Assembly (NCBI GenBank): GCA_964016885.1
Contig: OZ024740.1
Location: forward strand, 264,988,001-265,052,000
Direction of reading: 5' to 3'
DNA: 64,000 nucleotides
DNA from: Eledone cirrhosa
Taxonomy: Eukaryota
In this document: positions 54,099-64,000 of the stretch, in pieces
How positions within the stretch are numbered: position 1 is the stretch's first letter
How the letters are laid out: the number at the start of each line of letters is the position of its first letter
The notes under the pieces: generated by a model
The model's input: only the letters and a program-made list of their open reading frames with translations
Database searches by the model: none
Told to the model about the DNA's origin: nothing
Position numbers and translations under genes: made by a program

Positions 54099-54900
54099 GG
54101 TGGTCGTCGTCGTGTCGCTGTTATTGATGTTGGTGGTGGAGGTGGTGGTGGAGGTAGTGGTGGTGGTGGTGGTGGTGGTGGTGGTCGTCGTCGTGTCGCT
54201 GTTATTGATGTTGGTGGTGGAGGTGGTGGTGGAGGTAGTGGTGGTGGTCGTCGTCGTGTCGCTGTTATTGATGTTGTTGGTGGGGGTAGTGGTGGTGGTG
54301 GTGGTAATGGAGGTGCTGGGGGTTGAGGTAGTTGTGGTGGTGGTGGAGGTAGTGGTGGTGGTGGTGGTGGTCGTCGTCGTCGTGTCGCTGTTATTGTTGT
54401 TGGTGGTGGATGTAGTGGTGGTGGTGGTGGTGATGGTGGTGTTGGTGGTGGAGGTGGTGGTGTTGGCGGTGGAGATAGTGGTGGTGGTGGTGGTTGTGGT
54501 CGTCGTGTCGCTGTTATTGTTGTTGGTGGTGGATGTAGTGGTGGTGGTGGTGGTGGCGGCGGTGGTGGTGGTGGTGGTGGTGTTGGTGGTGGTGGTGTTG
54601 GTGGTGGAGATAGTGGTGGTGGTGGTGGTTGTGGTCGTCGTGTCGCTGTTATTGTTGTTGGTGGTGGAGGTAGTGGTGGTGGTGGTGGTGGAGGAGGTGG
54701 TGGTGGAGGTAGTGGTGGTGGTGGTCGTCGTGTCGTGTCGCTGTTATTGTTGTTGTTGGTGGAGGTGGTGGTGTCGTCATCGTCGTCGTGTCGCTGTTAT
54801 TGTTGTTGGTGGTGGAGGTAGTGGCGGTGGCGGTGGTGGTGGTGGAGGTAGTGGCGGCGGCGGTGTCGCTGTTATTGTTGTTGTTAGTGTTATAGTAGTT
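51950..54900. repeat. Mixed (GTA)n/(GTT)n/(GGT)n tracts and a gtcgtcgtgtcgctgttattg minisatellite (53930-54880)
   Basis: Direct reading. Confidence 0.9.
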
Positions 54901-55189
54901 GGCAGATGGTATGATTATGATGGTGTATCTGGTGGTGTTATATATTTGATATTACCACCAAAGTGGTGACACTAATAAGTGAGTTACTGAACGATATCTT
55001 CCGTGTAAGTTAGCTACCATGATAGATAGATGACAGGGTGGAGCGAAAGTGAGAAAGAGGCGGAGCCTTCAATTGGAAACAGGCAGCGAGACGTATTCAG
55101 ACGAGTCAACAACAGTTGTTTGTGTAATATGTTGTGTCTCATTTTCACATATATTTAGACATGTATTTCTGTTGATTTTACAAAGTTAT

Positions 55190-57490
55190 CGATGATGTGG
55201 TTGTTGGTGGTGTTGTTGTTGTTGTTGGTGGTGGTGCTGGTGTTGGTGGTGGTGGTGGTGTTGGTGGTGGTGGTGGTGTTGTTGGTTGTGGTGTTGGTGG
55301 TGTTTTTGGTGTTGGTGGTGTTGTTGGTGGTGTTGGTGTTGGTGGTGTTGGTGGTGTTTTTGGTGGTGTTGGTGGTGTTGTTGGTGTTGTTGTTGGTGGT
55401 GGTGGTGGTGTTGGTGGTGTTGGTGGTGTTATTGTTGGTAGTGTTGGTGGTGGTGTTGTTGGTTGTGGTGTTGGTGGTGTTGTTGGTGGTGGTGTTGGTG
55501 GTGTTGGTGTTGGTGGTGTTGGTGGTGTTTTTGGTGGTGTTGGTGGTGTTGTTGGTGTTGATGTTGGTGGTGTTGTTGTTGTTGATGATGGTGTTGTTGG
55601 TGGTGTTGGTGTTGGTGGTGTTGGTGGTGTTGGTGGTGATGTTGTTGGTGGTGGCATTGTTGGTAGTGTTGGTGGTGTTGTTGTTGGTGGTGTTGGTGGT
55701 GGTGGTGTTGTTGGTGGTGATGTTGTTGGTGGTGGTGGTGTTGGTGGTGTTGTTGGTGGTGTTTTTGGTGGTGGTGTTGTTGGTGGTGGTGGTGTTGGTG
55801 GTGTTGTTGGTTGTGTTGGTGGTGGTGTTGGTGGTGTTGTTGTTGGTGGTGGTGTTGGTGGTGTTGTTGGTGGTGGTGTTGTTGTTGTTGGTGGTGGTGG
55901 TGGTGTTGGTGGTGGTGTTGTTGGTGGTGTTGGTGTTGGTGGTGTTGGTGGTGTTTTTGGTGGTGTTGTTGGTGGTGGTGGTGGTGTTGTTGGTTGTGGT
56001 GTTGGTGGTGTTGTTGGTGGTGGTGTTGGTGGTGGTGGTGTTGTTGTTGATGATGGTGTTGTTGGTGGTGTTGGTGTTGGTGGTGTTAGTGGTGTTTTTG
56101 GTGGTGTTGTTGGTGGTGGTGTTGTTGGTAGTGTTGGTGGTGTTGTTGTTGGTGGTGTTGGTGGTGTTGTTGGTGGTGATGTTGTTGGTGGTGGTGGTGT
56201 TGGTGGTGTTGTTGGTGGTGTTGTTGGTGGTGGTGTTGGTGGTGTTGTTGGTGGTGATGTTGTTGGTGGTTGTGGTGTTGGTGGTGTTTTTGGGGGTGTT
56301 GTTGGTGGTGGTGTTGTTGGTCGTGTTGGTGGTGTTGTTGTTGGTGGTGTTGGTGGTGTTGTTGGTGGTGATGTTGTTGGTGGTGGTGGTGTTGGTGGTG
56401 TTGTTGGTGGTGTTGTTGGTGGTGGTGTTGTTGTTGGTGGTGGTGGTGTTGGTGGTGGTGTTGTTGGTGGTGTTGGTGGTGGTGGTGTTGTTGGTGGTGG
56501 TGTTGGTGGTGTTGTTGGTGCTGGTGTTGTTGTTGTTGGTGGTGGTGGTGTTGGTGGTGTTGTAGTTGATGGTGTTGTTGGTGGTGGTGTTGTTGGTGTT
56601 GCTGTTGGTGTTGTTGTTGGTGGTGTTGTAGTTGCTGGTGTTGTTGGTGGTGGTGTTGTTGGCGGTGGTGTTGGTGGTGGTGTTCTTGTTGTTGGTGGTG
56701 TTGTTGGTGGTGCTGTTGGTGGTGGTGTTGTTGTTGTTGTTGTTGTTGGTGGTGGTGTGGTTGGTGATGTTGTTGGTGGTGGTGTTGTTGTTGATAGTGT
56801 TGTTGGTGGTGTTGGTGGTGGTGTTGTTGTTGGTTGTGTTGTTGTTGGTGGTGGCGTTGTTGGTGGTGTTCTTGTTGTTGGCGGTGTTGTTGGTGGTGTT
56901 GTTGGTGGTGGTGTTGTTGTTGTTGGTGGTGTTGGTGGTGTTGTTGTTGGTGGTGGTGTTGTTGTTGGTGGTGGTGTTGTTGTTGGTGGTGTTGTTGGTG
57001 GTGGTGTTGTTGTTGTTGTTGGTGGTGATGCTGTTGTTGGTGGTGGTGATGTTTTTGGTAGTGATGTTGTTGGTGTGGTGTTGTTGGTGGCGTTGTTTGT
57101 GGTGGCGTTGGTGGTGGTAGTGTTGTTGTTCGTGGTCTTGTTGTTTGTGGTGGTGTTGTTGGTAATGTTGTTGTTGGTGTTGCTGTTGGTGTTGGTGGTG
57201 GTGGTGTTGTTGTTGGTGGTGGTGTTGTTGGTGTGGTTTTTGTTGGTGGTGTTGTTGGTGGTGGTGTTGTTGTTGGTGTTGTTGTTGGTGGTGTTATTGT
57301 AGTTGATGTTGTTGTTGTTGATGGTGTTTTTGGTGTTGTTGCTTGTGGTGTTATTATTGTTGATGTTGTTGGTGGTGGTGCTGTTGGTTGTGGTGTTATT
57401 ATTGTTGATGTTGTTGGTGGTGGTGTTGTTGGAGGTGGTGTTGTTGGTGTTGTTGGTTGTGGTGTTATTATTGTAGAAATTGTTAGTATT
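55190..57490. repeat. GGT/GTT mixed triplet array
   Basis: Direct reading. Confidence 0.93.
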
Positions 57491-57507
57491 ATTGTCATTG
57501 GCGCTTT

Positions 57508-57685
57508 ATTGGCAGTATCGGTAGAGGGTCGGACGCCATGTTTTCCAGCATAGTTACGTCCCTTTACGGTCTGAGTTTAAATCGAGGTTAACTTTGCCTT
57601 TCATCCTTACCGAGTCGATAAAATAAAGTACCAGTAATGAACTGGGTATTTGCTGGCCTTGTGCGAAAAGTAGAAACAATTATTG
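57508..57685 (+). mobile_element. Family A SINE; older copies at 58565-58740, 60255-60365 (-) and 60865-61460 (three decayed)
   Basis: Match to consensus. Confidence 0.8.
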
Positions 57686-58184
57686 TCATTGTGGTGCTTT
57701 TTATTGGTGGTGTTAGTGGTGGTGCTGTTGATATTTTTGTTGTTGGTAGTGTTTGTCGTGGTGGTGGTGGTGGTGGTGCTTTAAGTGTTATTGTTGGTGT
57801 TAGTGATAGTCTGATGGTGTAGTGGTCGTGTTAGTGGTATTATTGCTATTGTTATTGTTGTTTTTGGTGGTGATGTTGGTGGTGTGTGGTAGTTAAGGTG
57901 ATGGTGGTGGTGATGGTGTTGGTAGTATTGTTGGCAGTAGTGTATGGTAGCGATGGTGGTAGTGGTGGTTTTGGTGGTGGTTTTGGTGGAGGTATTTGTG
58001 GTGGTGTTGGTAGTAGTGTGTGGTACTGAAGGTAGTGGTGATGGTGTGGTAGTGAAGGTGCTGATGCTGATATTGCTGCTGGACCTATTGATGATTTGTC
58101 ACAAGTCAATTCCGGTCGAACAGACAGACCACTGATCAAAGGTATCCATTCTAGTCATGACCATCAAGATTTATTAGTGATATC

Positions 58185-58390
58185 TACGAGGGTCAGCTGA
58201 GAAGTTCATAGGCTGACTATGAAGGATTGGTGCTAGAGATGTGAAATGTTGCATGCCTTCCAACTCTTCTTATAACTGCGTTGTTTCTTTTCAGGGACTA
58301 TGTTGAAAAATAAACCTCATTTGGTCATTCCATGAGAGTATCTTGGTCAGCCTATAAACTTTTCAACGTACTAATCCTTCTGCCGACCCT
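58185..58390. mobile_element. Tc1/mariner-type MITE relic
   Basis: TA-cgagggtcagctgagaagttcataggctgac ... gtcagcctataaacttttca[insert]gccgaccct inverted ends. Confidence 0.6.
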
Positions 58391-58945
58391 TTTCAACGCG
58401 ATCTATTAAACTCTGTGTGTTTTTAACGGTAGTGGTTCATTAGAGGCTGACTGAGTTAATATGTTTAGCAGTTGGAATCAGAGTCGGATTAAGCTCTAAT
58501 AGGGTCCCTGACTGGAAGTTTCATCGGGTATTTTGTGTATTATTCATGGTGATAAAATGTGTGGTCGATTGGCAGCATCGGTGGAATGCAGAACAACATG
58601 CCTGTCGGCATATAGCTGCGGCCCTTTACGCGCTGAGTTCAAATCCCGCCGAGGTTAGCTTTGTATTTCATCATTAGGCGTCGAGAAAATAAAGGACCAG
58701 TAACGCAGTTGCTGGCCATATGCCAAATGTAGAAACTATTATATATTGTGATAAACAAATTAATTTGGGTTTATTTAAATATTGTAGGCTGCAGCTTTGT
58801 CAGCAACCGGTCAGAGTTCGAGGGAATATATAAGATTTTCTCTTTCAAAGTAGGTAGATGTAAATCATTATACTTTAAGATAATAGCTAAACTTCATTGT
58901 ACTGTGTTATTTTCTTTGCTGTTTCTGTTTACTTTTAGCTTGCAG

Positions 58946-59002
<57 letters not shown>

Positions 59003-59099
59003 GCGTGTGCGTGTGTGTGTGTGTGTGAGTGTGTGTGTGTGTTTGTGTTATTATTATTGAGGTTTTTGTTCATATTAATATATATATATATATAAATAC

Positions 59100-59160
<61 letters not shown>

Positions 59161-60141
59161 ACGGGTCTTTACACAGTCTCCATTTAAAATATTTTACTCA
59201 TAAGGAATTGGTTAACCCGGATCTATAGGATAAAAAAAAACAATTACGTGACGATAGTAGTACGCCGTTGATCTGAACCCGAATCTCCATGGTTACGAAT
59301 CGAACTTCTTAACTACACAGACATGTCTGCACTTATCTACATCTCATTTAACTTTTTAAATATAATTTTATTATGCAAACCCATGAAATATGTGTCTGTT
59401 ATACATTGACGCTCCTATTACACTATTCTTTTATCATTCTCCTATTAGCTTTGTATCGTTTTACTGTGGGTTGTACTCCACTGTGGGTTTCACTGCGGAG
59501 TCCACGAGTGTTAAGTTATTGTTGGTTCCGTGTTGCCCCACAGAAATATTCTAACGTTCCTATATATATGATATTATATTTTTTCGTTTTTCTTAGATAT
59601 TAAGTATCTAGGACCAGATCTGGATTAACAATTAACCAAAATACATAGATGCTTAGGGTATAAAGAAATGAGGGACACCATTTTATTCAAATTAAATGTA
59701 ATTGTTATTAAAAATAATTTTTTTCGAGCATTTTATATGAAGGTTACCATAATCGTTTAAGTGATTTGGGCCCGAAAAGGACGTAAAGGAGACCAATCTC
59801 ACAATATATAATACAATGTATGTTTTTTTATTATTTGCAGAGCTAAATTTTTTGCAGATCTATCAAACACGTAGACCCCTTATCAGTGGTTAATACATGT
59901 TGGTGCCGAGATGAGTAATGTGTTTTTTTTTTCGGTATTTTTCGTTTGTCTTCCACATGGTCTATATTTATTTTATATTGTGTATGCATGGACCGTGAAT
60001 TCCTCCTGGCGTTTTTAGGGCGCCGCATGGACATATCACGTGTATTGGACATTTAAACCTGTGGAGCCCATATTACTCGTGGTCTGAACACAGCCAATGG
60101 ATTCAAGAGATAAGGAAGATAAGAGAGAGGTAGAGTGCGTA

Positions 60142-60221
<80 letters not shown>

Positions 60222-60583
60222 GGGGGAAAACAAACTCTAATTATGGTCGGATACTTTAATTATCCACCTCGGCCGGATTTAAACTCAAAGCACAAAGGAC
60301 CGGGAGCCTCAATAATTAGCGTAAATATTCTATCCGACATTCTAACAACTCTGCCACACAACGCTTAATATTGTAGCTTTTGTATATATAAAAAATCGAA
60401 AGGGTTCGAGGACCATGTTGAACACCCGAATGGCCCTGTTGTAAGTGGCGGCTCAACTCTTTTCCATCACCTTTAGTAAGGATATTTATTGGTTTGTGTG
60501 TGGAGCATCTAGTTGACATTGATCCCAACACTGATAAAGGAAATAAAGTGGACAAAATATAAAGAGAATAATTTCCTAGCACT

Positions 60584-60638
<55 letters not shown>

Positions 60639-61629
60639 CGCGCACGCGCGCGCAGACACACACACGCACACATACGCACGCACACACATACATACACGCG
60701 CACACACACAGAGCATAATCTCAAGCATTGCTATATAACTTTAACACTATATTCCGGTAATTTAAGATTGTGTTTCAAAGGAATATAGGAGTTTCAACTT
60801 TCAAAGAGATTTACGTTTAGCGAATTAATTTCTGGGTATAATTATTTAATCCTTTCAGGGATGGATTGACTGTGTCGTTAGAGCGTCAGACAAACACAAT
60901 TTGTGGTATTGTTACCAAATACCACATATAATCTTTTTACGTCCCGAGTTCAAATCCCACCGAGGTCAACTTTGTATTTTATTCATCTGGGGATGAAACA
61001 CTCAAATACTGAGGTCAATGTAATCAACTTCCCTTCCCTACATAGTGCTGGCCTTATGCTTCAAAAGAAAATATCTAGGGCACACGGTCAACATATTTTT
61101 ATAGCATCAAATAAATGTTTAGCTGTATTTGTTTCAATTCTCTACATTCCTAGTTTAAATCGTCGAGTGGTCAACTTTTCCTTTCTTCAATCTTGGGTAG
61201 ATCGAATAAAGTACTGGCGGTGAATTTAATCCTTTACCCATCCTATATTACTGCCTCTGTATCTAAATAGAAGTTGGGTAGTTAATTAGCACGAGAGGTA
61301 AAGCGTAGTATAACATGAATTTCTACTTACTGATTTCAAATCTCACATAAGTGAACTTTAATTTAATCTGTCAGTGGTCGATAGAATAAAGAACCAGTTC
61401 AGTACCAGGGTTGATAATAATCAACATTTCTCCCCCCCCCCCCCCACAAATTACTGGAGTTTAATAATTTCTGTCATCACCCTGTGGTGCGTACTCAACT
61501 ATGAAATGATTTCGATATCAATTTCTTTTAATTTAATTAGTCACGAGAGTAAAGAAAGTGGACATCGATATGGGGTCAAAAAGGTGCAACTAAGCCGACA
61601 CAAATTTTCCTTCCGTACCATTTCAAATA

Positions 61630-64000
<2,371 letters not shown>

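Noticed and set aside
59843-60052. 69-aa minus ORF and a plus-strand acceptor-like site at 59840
   Set aside because: No recognisable domain; all plus frames stop soon after the acceptor

Overview
Repeat-dominated eukaryotic genomic DNA with no confidently identifiable host protein-coding gene, rRNA, tRNA gene or CRISPR array. The tRNA-headed SINE family, the (TA)n/(CA)n/(GAA)n load and the LINE relics resemble octopod cephalopod genomes; this is recalled similarity, not a database result. The window contains (1) about 25 copies or fragments of one tRNA-derived SINE, including a 10-unit SINE-derived minisatellite and a ~1 kb SINE-(TA)n-SINE palindrome; (2) decayed retrotransposons: Penelope-like elements (PLE) with GIY-YIG/RT remnants, two RTE-type LINEs, a CRE-type element and an L1/Tx1-like 3' end; (3) a hAT DNA transposon with perfect 15-bp TIRs and an 8-bp TSD, plus hAT and mariner-type MITEs; (4) a ~20 kb domain of G/T-skewed triplet-based mini- and microsatellites (37.5-58 kb). 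The strongest non-obvious signal is a set of type I hammerhead-ribozyme motifs from at least four unrelated short element families. They mostly sit in (TA)n tracts, often as fold-back pairs, and fit PLE pseudo-LTR or retrozyme-like elements. Nearly all long ORFs in the track are microsatellite artefacts. Coordinates of degenerate elements are approximate.
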